Origin: a virus
Taxonomy: Duplodnaviria; Caudoviricetes
Virus record (IMG/VR): IMGVR_UViG_3300033066_001625
Span: 25,906 to 89,905 of that record
Reading direction: 5' to 3' (one strand)
Length of the DNA: 64,000 nucleotides
The translations under genes and the position numbers were made by a program. The notes under the pieces are model-generated. The model was given only the letters and a program-made list of their open reading frames with translations. It had not been told where the DNA came from and made no database searches. Of this stretch, positions 40,210 to 49,845 are shown in pieces. Within the stretch, counting starts at the first letter, position 1; each line of letters starts with the position of its first letter.

Positions 40210-41013
40210 ATGAGAATCTCGTCCCATGGGGCATTTGCCTCCGATAGTTTTGTTACACTCAAAGATCGGGATTGGCTTGAAAAACAAAGGGTTGCCGGCA
40301 AGGTAGTAGCTGGCGCCCTTTTGTTATTGCAAGATCTGGTTAAATCCAAAACCGATCTTTCTTTAACTGAAATGAATCAACTAGCAGAACAGTTTATTCT
40401 TGATCAGGATTGTGAATTAACTTTCAAAGGATACAAAGGATTTCCAGCAGGAGTCTGTATCTCTGTCAATAAACAATTAGTACATGGCATTCCTACAGAT
40501 TATCACCTACAAGATGGTGATGTAGTCAGTTTTGACTTAGGTGCTACCCATAAGGGGGCGATTGCTGATTCAGCAATCACATGTATTTTTGGAGAGCCTA
40601 AATCCTCAGTTCACACATCACTTCTTCAAGCTACAGAAGAGGCTTTGATGGCAGGAATAAATGCTATTCAAGTGGGTAAGAAGTTAGGATGTATTGGAAA
40701 TGCTATCTCTAAAACTAATAAGAAATATGGTTTTGGATTAATCACCAAGTATGGTGGACATGGATTAGATTGGAATCATCCCCATGCCGCACCATTTGTA
40801 GATAATAAAGCTGATCCGGAACAAGGTATTAGAATTCAACCGGGATTAGCTATTGCTATTGAACCTATGTTGGTGATTGGGGATACCTATACTTATGTTG
40901 ATAAAGATGGTTGGACAGTGTGGGGGCAAAATATCAGCGCTCACTTTGAACATTCGATTTTTGTCCATGAAGATAGGGTTGAAATAATCACAAGGAGAGA
41001 TAGTGAAATCTGA
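40210..41013 (+). CDS. map: methionine aminopeptidase type I
   Basis: CISVN..VHGIP, SFDLG, ADSA, GGHG, AIEPM, SAHFEHS; all five metal ligands apparent. Confidence 0.92.
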   Translation: MRISSHGAFASDSFVTLKDRDWLEKQRVAGKVVAGALLLLQDLVKSKTDLSLTEMNQLAEQFILDQDCELTFKGYKGFPAGVCISVNKQLVHGIPTDYHLQDGDVVSFDLGATHKGAIADSAITCIFGEPKSSVHTSLLQATEEALMAGINAIQVGKKLGCIGNAISKTNKKYGFGLITKYGGHGLDWNHPHAAPFVDNKADPEQGIRIQPGLAIAIEPMLVIGDTYTYVDKDGWTVWGQNISAHFEHSIFVHEDRVEIITRRDSEI

Positions 41014-41365
41014 TTTGGTATTTGTGTCCGGAGAAAATTCTCCGGACAAAATCAAAGAAAGAAAGGGAAAGTATTTTGATTGCTTATACTGCAAAAGCAG
41101 TATAAAAGCTCATTTACTATCACCGATCAAATCATACTACTATTGTAAATCTTGTAGTTGTCAATATATTGGCTGGAATGATATTTTAGTTAAAATAGAA
41201 ATTGATACTCAAATTAATGAAAAGAATTACACTGTAGAATTGGATTTGATGAAAAACAAAACCAATCTGATTCAAGGTGGCATAATATATTCGTACGATC
41301 AATGTTTAGCAATCTCACCAACAAATGTAAGGAATAAGGTGTTGACATGGCTGATGATGTTGTAA
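41003..41365 (+). CDS. zinc-ribbon-containing small protein
   Basis: CLYC and CKSC pairs; hydrophobic C-terminus ...NKVLTWLMML*. Confidence 0.6.
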   Translation: MKSDLVFVSGENSPDKIKERKGKYFDCLYCKSSIKAHLLSPIKSYYYCKSCSCQYIGWNDILVKIEIDTQINEKNYTVELDLMKNKTNLIQGGIIYSYDQCLAISPTNVRNKVLTWLMML

Positions 41366-41706
41366 TTTATACAGAAGATGATGAAAAGTATGGCGAAGAG
41401 CATCGAGAGGCGCGCAGAGCGAACAGGCTCATCGACGAGGAATTGTCGAAGTTCTCCTGGAAAACTATAAGAAAGTTTGAAGAGCTTTTCCCATGCAAGA
41501 ATCCAATTCATACTATAGAAGTGAAAAACAAAGAGTATGTAGCAGAACAGAATATCATTGCTGTTAAGATGAAAGTAGCCAGAAATCAAGGTGTTGAAGT
41601 AAAGACAATTAAAGAAGAATACACTACTGAAAATATCAGATATGAAACTCCAGAAGAATTTTGGAAGAGATGGAAGAAGTTTTCCAGAGTGAGGTCTTTT
41701 GTATGA
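41347..41706 (+). CDS. small protein with C-terminal motif (...WKKFSRVRSFV*)
   Basis: 119 aa; ATGA overlap with next gene. Confidence 0.65.
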   Translation: MADDVVIYTEDDEKYGEEHREARRANRLIDEELSKFSWKTIRKFEELFPCKNPIHTIEVKNKEYVAEQNIIAVKMKVARNQGVEVKTIKEEYTTENIRYETPEEFWKRWKKFSRVRSFV

Positions 41707-42023
41707 ACGATTCGTGGGCTGAAATCAAACAAGAAATAGAAAAACATCCTCATGAACTATGGGTTGAGTTTATGAAACTTTTGCCATGTGAAAGAAAGAA
41801 CTACTTCTTACCTATTCCCAAGAAAGTCTTCAAACCCGATCCTAATATCAAAGTGATTGTCAAAGGACGACAGGTGGGAGCCACTACATTTCACACTGGT
41901 CATTTACATCCTTGGTTATTGCAACTTCCGATGGATAGAAAAGAAAAACATGTCATTTGCGCAGATATCAAAGATTTTTGGTACAGATGGAATAGATTCA
42001 AAAAGATTAAGTTGTTCTTATGA
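41703..42023 (+). CDS. small protein with C-terminal motif (...WNRFKKIKLFL*)
   Basis: ATG 41703 in ATGA overlap; contains KGRQVGATT, reminiscent of terminase Walker A-region motif. Confidence 0.6.
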   Translation: MNDSWAEIKQEIEKHPHELWVEFMKLLPCERKNYFLPIPKKVFKPDPNIKVIVKGRQVGATTFHTGHLHPWLLQLPMDRKEKHVICADIKDFWYRWNRFKKIKLFL

Positions 42024-42229
42024 AAAATATTGACCTGATTGATAAACACATAAAAACAATCTCTCAAGCTCTTTCTAATGGTATGAAAGAACAGGATATT
42101 ATTGATGGCTACTTAAATGACGGATGGTCGGGCGATGATATACATTTGTTGTTAACAGCTGGAAAAATATTATTCGATGATTTGATGTCTTTTATCCCGC
42201 CCAAACCAACATTCAAAAGAGTAATATGA
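42020..42229 (+). CDS. hypothetical protein
   Basis: 69 aa, ATGA overlaps. Confidence 0.6.
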   Translation: MKNIDLIDKHIKTISQALSNGMKEQDIIDGYLNDGWSGDDIHLLLTAGKILFDDLMSFIPPKPTFKRVI

Positions 42230-42402
42230 AAATTCAATTCGATGATAAAAGCTATATAGATTGTCACAAATCGGAAGATGGTAAGATGATAGTCATTGTT
42301 ATTTCCGCCAAAGATTATGACAATCCATTGAAAAAGATTACCAATTCAGTTGAATTATCAATTGAAGATTTTAAGAAATTGATTTCAGATGTCCAGACGT
42401 AA
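42226..42402 (+). CDS. 58-aa ORF not in the track
   Basis: Hand translation MKIQFDDKSYIDCHKSEDGKMIVIVISAKDYDNPLKKITNSVELSIEDFKKLISDVQT*; ATGA overlap. Confidence 0.6.
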   Translation: MKIQFDDKSYIDCHKSEDGKMIVIVISAKDYDNPLKKITNSVELSIEDFKKLISDVQT

Positions 42403-42871
42403 ATCACTAAAACATAATGATGAGTTCATAAATCAAAAAGCCGAAGACAGAGCCAATGATTTGTGGCGAGAGTTAACATCTAAGTATTTATTGATAGAAT
42501 CATTACCTATTACTGATTTATTGAAGAGCAGAAAACCTATTACTTATGGATACTTAAAAGAGTTCGTAGATTTTCATAAGAAATTTGATGAAAATTTCTG
42601 CATCACGGCTATTTATAAGACTCAGGACAAAGTAAATGCTGGTAAAGATATATTACAATGTTTGAATAAAAGAGGTTGGTCAGGATCTGTTTATGAAAAG
42701 TATGGTAAGGACAAAATACCTATATATTATGTCGATTATCAATTCGCACGTAACTATGATTGCCCATATGGCGATGAATACAAAGACGTGTACTTAATGA
42801 TGTTTACATTAAGTGAAGATGAAACTCTCTACATTCTACAAAAATTTGAAAAGCTAAAGGCGTTCGTATGA
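42389..42871 (+). CDS. small protein with C-terminal motif (...LQKFEKLKAFV*)
   Basis: 160-aa ORF. Confidence 0.65.
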   Translation: MSRRKSLKHNDEFINQKAEDRANDLWRELTSKYLLIESLPITDLLKSRKPITYGYLKEFVDFHKKFDENFCITAIYKTQDKVNAGKDILQCLNKRGWSGSVYEKYGKDKIPIYYVDYQFARNYDCPYGDEYKDVYLMMFTLSEDETLYILQKFEKLKAFV

Positions 42872-42918
42872 ATTTAGTTTTTCCAGCAGAACAACTACCA
42901 ATAATTTGATATTTAGAT

Positions 42919-43752
42919 ATGAAAAAATACACATGGTTAACCAAAGAACTATTAGAACAAGCCTATCGGCAATTGGGTGATTTCAAAAAAATATCTCAGA
43001 AATATGATGTGCCGCGTACAACGATTGAAAAATATTGTAAAGATTTTGGTATAAAAACAAAACCTAAAATACATTATAATGTTGATGACAATATATTTGC
43101 AAATGATACCGAAACAAGTTTTTATTTGGCTGGATTCATCGCAGCAGATGGATGTATTGTTCAACATAAATGTAATGAACCAAATTGTTTATCTATTTGC
43201 TTATCTGAAAAAGACAAAGATCACTTATTGAAATTGAAAAATATGTTTCAATTTACTGGTCCTATTAAAACGAATGTTGCGAAACATTCCAACAAAAATG
43301 AAAATTGGAAAGATGCGCGACAATCAAAAATGAATATTTATTCCAAACAAATAATAAGTGATTTAAAAAGATTTGGTATTGGTCCGAGAAAAAGTTTAAC
43401 CTATGAATTTCCGGAATGGTTAAAATCTCATATTCTAGTTAATCATTTTATGAGGGGATATTTTGATGGAGATGGATCATTATTCAAAACTAGAGAATGT
43501 CGTCGTACACAAAAATATGGACCTAGATTGTATGAAAAAATGTCTTTCGGATTAAGAGGAACAAATGCTTTTTTGTTATCTTTTAAGAACATTTTAGGAA
43601 GTCAAAGTATTACTGTTCCAAAATTTAATAATGGTATAGATCAATTAGTGTTTTCTGGAAATAAACAAGTTAGAGAAATTGTCAAATTTCTCTATAAAAA
43701 TTCGACTATCTATATGGATAGAAAATATAATGTAGCAAAGGAATTATTATGA
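42919..43752 (+). mobile_element. free-standing two-motif LAGLIDADG homing endonuclease with N-terminal HTH
   Basis: YLAGFIAADG and FMRGYFDGDG motifs; very AT-rich; no flanking exons evident. Confidence 0.88.
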
Positions 43753-44297
43753 AAGTCTATATGTGTGGCGCGCATTCGGTTGGCAAAACAACATTAGCAC
43801 GTTATGTTTCAGAAACGTATAATGTGCCTATGATCACAGAGGTGGCTAGAATGATTCTATCAGAAAAAGAATTACATCTGGATTCTTTGAGGACCAATCT
43901 AGATGTAGTTGATGACTATCAATCTAAGATATTCTCTAGACAAGTTGAACAAGAAAGCAAATTCGATAGTTTTGTATCGGATAGAAGTTTTGATTGTTTG
44001 GCTTATGCTGCCCAACATTCTAGAATACTTCCCAAATTGTTGAAATCAAAAGAATTAGAATTGTATATCAACTCATTGAAATCTCTTGATTCATATATTT
44101 TCTTTGTCAGACCTTCTAAGGCTACCTTAAAAGAAGATGGAATAAGAGAGTCTCTTTCATGGGATGGTATTATCGCTATTGATGCACAAGTTAAATTCTT
44201 ATGCGAAATGTTTGAATTAAGATATTTTCAGATCAATACTGATAGTATGCGGGAAAGAGTTAGATTAATAGATTCTATCTTGTCTTTAAGTAAGTAA
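43749..44297 (+). CDS. P-loop NTPase, NadR/AAA_28 nucleotide-kinase-like
   Basis: GAHSVGKTT, FVSDRS.D..AY. Confidence 0.75.
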   Translation: MKVYMCGAHSVGKTTLARYVSETYNVPMITEVARMILSEKELHLDSLRTNLDVVDDYQSKIFSRQVEQESKFDSFVSDRSFDCLAYAAQHSRILPKLLKSKELELYINSLKSLDSYIFFVRPSKATLKEDGIRESLSWDGIIAIDAQVKFLCEMFELRYFQINTDSMRERVRLIDSILSLSK

Positions 44298-44350
44298 TCT
44301 ATGCTAAAATTCTCATATAATAAAGAGTCTATACTCTGTTATGAGGAAAT

Positions 44351-46564
44351 ATGGCAAATATATTACAACCAGGATATGTCAGGTGGGATGGTACTAAATA
44401 TGTTACTGACCCTGATGTAGAAATAGTAGGACCAGCCGGACCGCAAGGTTTAATGGGTCCTAAAGGAGAGCGTGGTGAGGATGGAGTTTCCGGAGTTTCT
44501 GGAAAAAATGCCTATAGCCAGGTTACTGCTGATTTTATCATACCAAATAGAAATAATACTGTTATCATTTCCGTTGATGATTCTGGTTGGATGGCAGTCG
44601 GTCAAGAAGTTTTTATTGCAACTGCCGGATATTTCGCTGTTAATTTGATTGAAGGTACTTCAGTTACTATTACAAATCTTGGGCTATTTACCACAGCCCC
44701 TGGCACAAACATAACTGCGCCACAAGGCATTTCTCCATCTGGTGGTCCAGGTAGAAATTCCTATTCACAAGTAATGAATGATTTTATACTGCCAGATAGG
44801 AATAATAGTGTAGTTGTTACAGTTGATTTTTCCGATTGGATGTCCGTTGGTCAAGAAATTTTTATAGCAACTGCGGGGTATTTTGCTATTACAAACATTT
44901 CTAATACCAGTGTTACAATTGAAAATTTAGGACTATATACTACTGTCCCAGGCACCAATATTACTGCCCCACAAGGAATATCACCATCTGGTGGTCCAGG
45001 TAGAAATTCCTATTCACAATTAGCAGCTAATTTTACTGTGCCAAATGCAAATAGCACTGTTGTAATTACAGTTGATTATTCTGATTGGATGTCTATTGGT
45101 CAAGATATTTTTATTGCTACAGCAGGATATTTTACTGTTAGCGCTATAGCGGGCGTATCAGTTACTATCACAAATCTAGGATTATATCATATCTCTCCAG
45201 GCACCAACATTACTGCGCCGCAAAATATTTCTCCAGCAGGCGTTCCAGGACCTATTCAGCCACCATTAACTAATTTACTTTTTGTAGATTGTAATTTGGG
45301 AGATGATGTAAATAATACTGGAAGCATCAATTTACCATATAAAACAATTTCTAAAGCCCTATCTGTTATACCTGCATCTCCAACTGGCAATGCTATTAAT
45401 TCGTATCAAATATTAATTTCACCAGGTATTTATGATGAAAATTTAACTTTTAATTCAGTTAATACCTATGTGGCTTTGGTGGGATTTGGCGGCGCATGGA
45501 CTTTGGGTCATCCATCTTATCTCGGAGGATCTCCGACAACTCGCAATATTACGTGGACCTTTTCAGATACTGGAAGTTTTACTTCCTCCACTCCCGCCAA
45601 ATCTGGATTGGCAATTGGCACATTATTTGATCCGGGTACCGAACAAAATTCTAACAATCAATTTGCAACAGGCGCCATCTTAACAGGTAAGATAATCATT
45701 TATGACAATGGAGGAACTGGTGGTTCAGGCTGTACAAAAGACGTATATTTACAGGTATCTGTTTTGGATCAATTAAGTAGCGGATCGGCATTTGTAGTCA
45801 CGGGAGCTACACCTGATATTGGTACGACAAATGTATTTGCTCAAAAAAGTACTTTTGCTTCTGCGGTATATGGTCCCCCTTCAGGCGCTGGTACTGGAAT
45901 TCATTTGCAAATGGCAAACAAATGCCATTTCACGGGACTATTAACCATTGGTAGATATTCAAGAATAGAGAATAGTGTAATATCATTAGGCATGACTATT
46001 ACAGATGATATTCAGGATATGAAGCCAAACGGATTAATTAATTGTTGGTTTTCTGGTACATTTACGGGTCCAGCCAGCTCTGCCAGGATGGATGGAAATA
46101 CTTATTATTGGTTTACTCAAAACGGTGGATCTTTGGCTGGCGGCGCAACAATTACTGTACAAGATTTAAGATTGGCACCAACCAAAATAATATTTCCTGG
46201 AGTTTCTGGATTGCAACAAACCACCAATACTGGTGCAACAGAAATAGGAACTACATTATTTGATCCTTCTGCTATTTATTTGGGAAATGCTTATACTAGA
46301 ACTATAAAAGCCATTGCAGAATTAGAAGTTAATACTGGTGGTGAATCAGCAGTATTAGAATTGTATAATATCACTGATGGTTTAACTGTAACCACATTAA
46401 CCGGCACAACCACTACTGCTGCAACATATTCAACAACACTAACTGTGCCAACTAATTTACCAAATTCTTCAAAACTATATGGTTGGAGATTACATCGTTC
46501 GGGGGCAACAGTTTCAGATCCAGTAACATGCAAGATGGCTTATTTGGAGGTTACTTACTCATGA
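44351..46564 (+). CDS. tail fibre/appendage protein with short collagen-like segment and three 83-aa repeats
   Basis: GPAGPQGLMGPKGERGEDG; triple repeat; beta-helix-like VD...GDD..N.GS...PYKTI..A motif. Confidence 0.7.
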   Translation: MANILQPGYVRWDGTKYVTDPDVEIVGPAGPQGLMGPKGERGEDGVSGVSGKNAYSQVTADFIIPNRNNTVIISVDDSGWMAVGQEVFIATAGYFAVNLIEGTSVTITNLGLFTTAPGTNITAPQGISPSGGPGRNSYSQVMNDFILPDRNNSVVVTVDFSDWMSVGQEIFIATAGYFAITNISNTSVTIENLGLYTTVPGTNITAPQGISPSGGPGRNSYSQLAANFTVPNANSTVVITVDYSDWMSIGQDIFIATAGYFTVSAIAGVSVTITNLGLYHISPGTNITAPQNISPAGVPGPIQPPLTNLLFVDCNLGDDVNNTGSINLPYKTISKALSVIPASPTGNAINSYQILISPGIYDENLTFNSVNTYVALVGFGGAWTLGHPSYLGGSPTTRNITWTFSDTGSFTSSTPAKSGLAIGTLFDPGTEQNSNNQFATGAILTGKIIIYDNGGTGGSGCTKDVYLQVSVLDQLSSGSAFVVTGATPDIGTTNVFAQKSTFASAVYGPPSGAGTGIHLQMANKCHFTGLLTIGRYSRIENSVISLGMTITDDIQDMKPNGLINCWFSGTFTGPASSARMDGNTYYWFTQNGGSLAGGATITVQDLRLAPTKIIFPGVSGLQQTTNTGATEIGTTLFDPSAIYLGNAYTRTIKAIAELEVNTGGESAVLELYNITDGLTVTTLTGTTTTAATYSTTLTVPTNLPNSSKLYGWRLHRSGATVSDPVTCKMAYLEVTYS
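44507..45253 (+). repeat. three tandem 249-bp (83-aa) coding repeats
   Basis: Units start at 44507, 44756, 45005; shared WM.VGQE.FIATAGYF and PGTNITAPQ.ISP.G. Confidence 0.9.
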
Positions 46565-48192
46565 CAACTCAATACGCAATGAATTTTGTACCAAGTAACG
46601 TCACTAGCTCTAGTTATTTTCCTACTTTATGGAAATTAACACGAGTTATGAAGGCTGCTGGTTGGATTTATAAGGCTAGTGGAGATGGTAATAATAAAGA
46701 TACCACCGGAACCGCAACTAATGATTTGTGGGGCGGCAGCGCCGATCCATTAACAGACACTTATCCGTCTACTACTATATCTGCTTCTTCTGATGGCGCG
46801 CCCTCTAACAGTTCTACGATTAACGTGGCAAGCACAGCTGGATTTCCAAGTTCAGGAACATTTTATTATGTTACTGCTGGTCAAAATATTACTTATACGG
46901 GTAAAACTGCAACATCATTCACTGGATGTACTGGTGGAACAGCATTTGTTATGCATACTGGTAATCCAGTAGTATTTTTTGACACTCATAATGCCTGGTG
47001 GTGTGCAGAAGGTCCGAGTACAGTAAAATTAAGTTTAACATCTCCGTCAACAGGTACTTTTCAGCGTGGTGAAATTGTTACGCAAAGTTCAACAGGCGCC
47101 ACTGGAGAGGTCCTTGGTTATGTATTTGGGACAATCAATCAGGTAGGATGGATTGGTATCATGCCACAAACAGGTACTTTTGATGGAACTCATACTATTA
47201 CTGGTGGTACCTCTGGAGCAACCGTTACACCATCTGCTTATACTTTAATTAGAAGACAGTTTGTTTTTGCCAAAGATACTACCGGATATGGAGGTTGGGT
47301 TTTTTATCAAGCCGTAACTGATGCTGAAATTGCCGCCTCTTCAAATACTTTATTATTTTCAGATCTAGCTGCAAACGCAGCAAATTGTACGGCTACTACT
47401 GCACCAGGAAATAGCAACTCGGGATCCAATAGATTTCCGTCTATTGCAATATCATTAGTAGGATTAGCAGAAGGTGCTGCGGGAGCTTTGTTTGGATTTG
47501 GATCGGGATTTGCTTTCGGTAAAGCTCAAATGGCATGTGTTAATTCCACACCGTCGACAGGTGTTTCTGCCGATGGATCTTTCTTTTGTTCATTTTACAT
47601 GGGCAATACAGATTATAGAACTTTTTCTTTTATGAGAGTTGATAATACTGAGCCGGGCGATGTAGATCCATATATTTGTTGGTGGGCATCATCTAGTGAT
47701 ATTTATACATTAAATATCGGTTCAGTTTCAGCAAGATTGAATGCTAATATGTATGGTAACAGCAATGCTTGGACTGGCGGATTTTTAACTGTTCCAGCTA
47801 ACACTGCTGCTAAAGGATTTTGTGCAAGAACACATGGACCTACGGGATTTAATTCTGGATATGATAGATTTTGTGGATTTTCTCTTTCTATAGTTGGAGC
47901 AAATATAAGCAGCACCCCAGCACAAGGGTTAGTATCTACATTAAAAATAAGAAATCACCCAGATAGTGGCGGTACCCCTCCAGTGCCAATTGAAATGTTT
48001 CATGTACAATCACCAACAGTTGGTTTAACCTTTAGAAAGGGCATATGTCGATGGTTAGGAACTGTTCCGCTTGGGGCATTAAATGATACTGTAGATAATA
48101 AAAAATGGTTAGTAGTTTTAGCCAACGGTGTAAATACACCGGCAGTAGTTATAGGTCCCATAGATGGTTCTACTACACCGGCTACTACTTAA
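46561..48192 (+). CDS. putative virion appendage protein, paralogue 1 of 3
   Basis: ATG 46561 in ATGA overlap; conserved blocks shared with next two genes. Confidence 0.7.
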   Translation: MTTQYAMNFVPSNVTSSSYFPTLWKLTRVMKAAGWIYKASGDGNNKDTTGTATNDLWGGSADPLTDTYPSTTISASSDGAPSNSSTINVASTAGFPSSGTFYYVTAGQNITYTGKTATSFTGCTGGTAFVMHTGNPVVFFDTHNAWWCAEGPSTVKLSLTSPSTGTFQRGEIVTQSSTGATGEVLGYVFGTINQVGWIGIMPQTGTFDGTHTITGGTSGATVTPSAYTLIRRQFVFAKDTTGYGGWVFYQAVTDAEIAASSNTLLFSDLAANAANCTATTAPGNSNSGSNRFPSIAISLVGLAEGAAGALFGFGSGFAFGKAQMACVNSTPSTGVSADGSFFCSFYMGNTDYRTFSFMRVDNTEPGDVDPYICWWASSSDIYTLNIGSVSARLNANMYGNSNAWTGGFLTVPANTAAKGFCARTHGPTGFNSGYDRFCGFSLSIVGANISSTPAQGLVSTLKIRNHPDSGGTPPVPIEMFHVQSPTVGLTFRKGICRWLGTVPLGALNDTVDNKKWLVVLANGVNTPAVVIGPIDGSTTPATT

Positions 48193-48204
48193 CTTGGAGA
48201 TATT

Positions 48205-49845
48205 ATGGCAAATCAATATGCAATAAACTACAATATGGACATTAATACTCCAAACAATGCTTTCTCTACTATCTGGAAATTAACAAGATGTATGAAAGCT
48301 GCGGGCTGGACTTATAAGGCTAGCGGCGATGGTTTAAACAAGGATACTACAGGTGTTGCTACTAATGATTTATGGGGTGGAAATGTAAATCCAATGTCTG
48401 ACATTTATCCTGTTACTATTATTGCTCCAGGTTCTGATAACGTATCAGCAGCCGGTGCAACAATAAACGTAGTGAGTACCACGGGTTTTCCATCTTCTGG
48501 CAGATTTAATATAGGAACTATTAACACTAACGTAACTTATACGGGTAAAACCGCCACTTCTTTTACTGGCTGCTCTGGAGGATCAGGTACCATGCGTTAT
48601 AATCAAGCTGTATCTCTTCTTGATACGTATGCTGCTTGGTGGTGTGCAGAAGGTCCAAGCACTGTAAAATTAGGTATCAATACGGTTTCAACTGGTACTT
48701 TTTCTCGTGGAGAAATTGTATTTCAAGCGGGCACAGGCGCCACGGGGGAGTTATTGGGTTATGTTGTTAATTCAGCCGGAAATAGTGGCTGGATAGTTAT
48801 CATGCCGCAAACTGGCACATTTAATAGTTCTGGTCAAATTACTGGAACTATTTCTAAAGCCGTAATAACTCCAGTTTCCTACAATTTAATTAGGAGACAA
48901 GTAGTGATTGCTAAAACAACTAACGTGACAGATGGTTGGATCTTTTACGAAACTTTATCCGATACAGAAATCACCGCCTCTTCAAATACTGCTTTATTTT
49001 CAGATCTAGCTGCAAACGCAGCAAATTGTACTGGAAGCGTAGCACCAGGTAACAGTTCGTCCGGATCAAATAGATTTCCTCTTTATGGAATTGCCTGTAT
49101 TGGGACGGCAGAAAGCACTGCTAAAACATTTTTTGGACATACTGGATTATATGGTAAATCTCATATGGCTGCTGTTAACGCTACTCCTGGTGTTAGTACA
49201 TCCGCAGATGGATCTTTCTGGATAACTATTTGGGATGCAAACCAGGGATCAGCAACATATAAGGCTTTTGGTTTACAAAGACTTGACAATACAGAGCCGG
49301 GAGACGTAGATCCGTTTGCATTTTATTGCGGATATACAACTGATTCTGCTGGCTCTTTAGCCAGCAGATTAACAGGAACCACCGCAGATACACCGAGCGT
49401 CTGGAATAATAATAGTTTTGGCGGCGCGGCACAAACTCCAGTAGCTACACCATTTAAAGGATACTGTGCCAGAACAACTGGTACCATAGGTATTGGAGCA
49501 GATCAATATGTTCCACTATGCGCTGGTGTTGTATCCAGCTCTCCATTAGCTGCTTTTACGGCACAATTTACAAATAATGCAGCCGTCATGAGAATAAGAA
49601 ATCATCCAGATAATGCTACAGCTAATTCACCAATGTACATAGAAATGTTATCTGTACATTGTATTATAGGTGGTTTATCTATTAGAAAAGGAACTTGTCG
49701 ATGGTTAGGAATAGTATCAACAGGTTGGTATAACGACATATATAATGGGCAATGGCTTACTATTGGGGCGGGCGGATACAATGGTGTTTCACCGGCAATA
49801 GTAATTGGTCCTTTGGATGGCGTGACTATTCCGGTGGTATCATGA
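48205..49845 (+). CDS. putative virion appendage protein, paralogue 2 of 3
   Basis: 546 aa; WKLTR.MKAAGW.YKASGDG, WWCAEGPSTVK, IRNHPD. Confidence 0.7.
   Translation: MANQYAINYNMDINTPNNAFSTIWKLTRCMKAAGWTYKASGDGLNKDTTGVATNDLWGGNVNPMSDIYPVTIIAPGSDNVSAAGATINVVSTTGFPSSGRFNIGTINTNVTYTGKTATSFTGCSGGSGTMRYNQAVSLLDTYAAWWCAEGPSTVKLGINTVSTGTFSRGEIVFQAGTGATGELLGYVVNSAGNSGWIVIMPQTGTFNSSGQITGTISKAVITPVSYNLIRRQVVIAKTTNVTDGWIFYETLSDTEITASSNTALFSDLAANAANCTGSVAPGNSSSGSNRFPLYGIACIGTAESTAKTFFGHTGLYGKSHMAAVNATPGVSTSADGSFWITIWDANQGSATYKAFGLQRLDNTEPGDVDPFAFYCGYTTDSAGSLASRLTGTTADTPSVWNNNSFGGAAQTPVATPFKGYCARTTGTIGIGADQYVPLCAGVVSSSPLAAFTAQFTNNAAVMRIRNHPDNATANSPMYIEMLSVHCIIGGLSIRKGTCRWLGIVSTGWYNDIYNGQWLTIGAGGYNGVSPAIVIGPLDGVTIPVVS

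Noticed and set aside
41703-42023. Terminase large subunit suggested by KGRQVGATT
   Set aside because: ORF is only 106 aa with no Walker B or nuclease domain; at most a fragment or coincidence
44420-44505. Collagen-like domain as a novel feature
   Set aside because: Only about eight Gly-X-Y triplets; common in phage fibres
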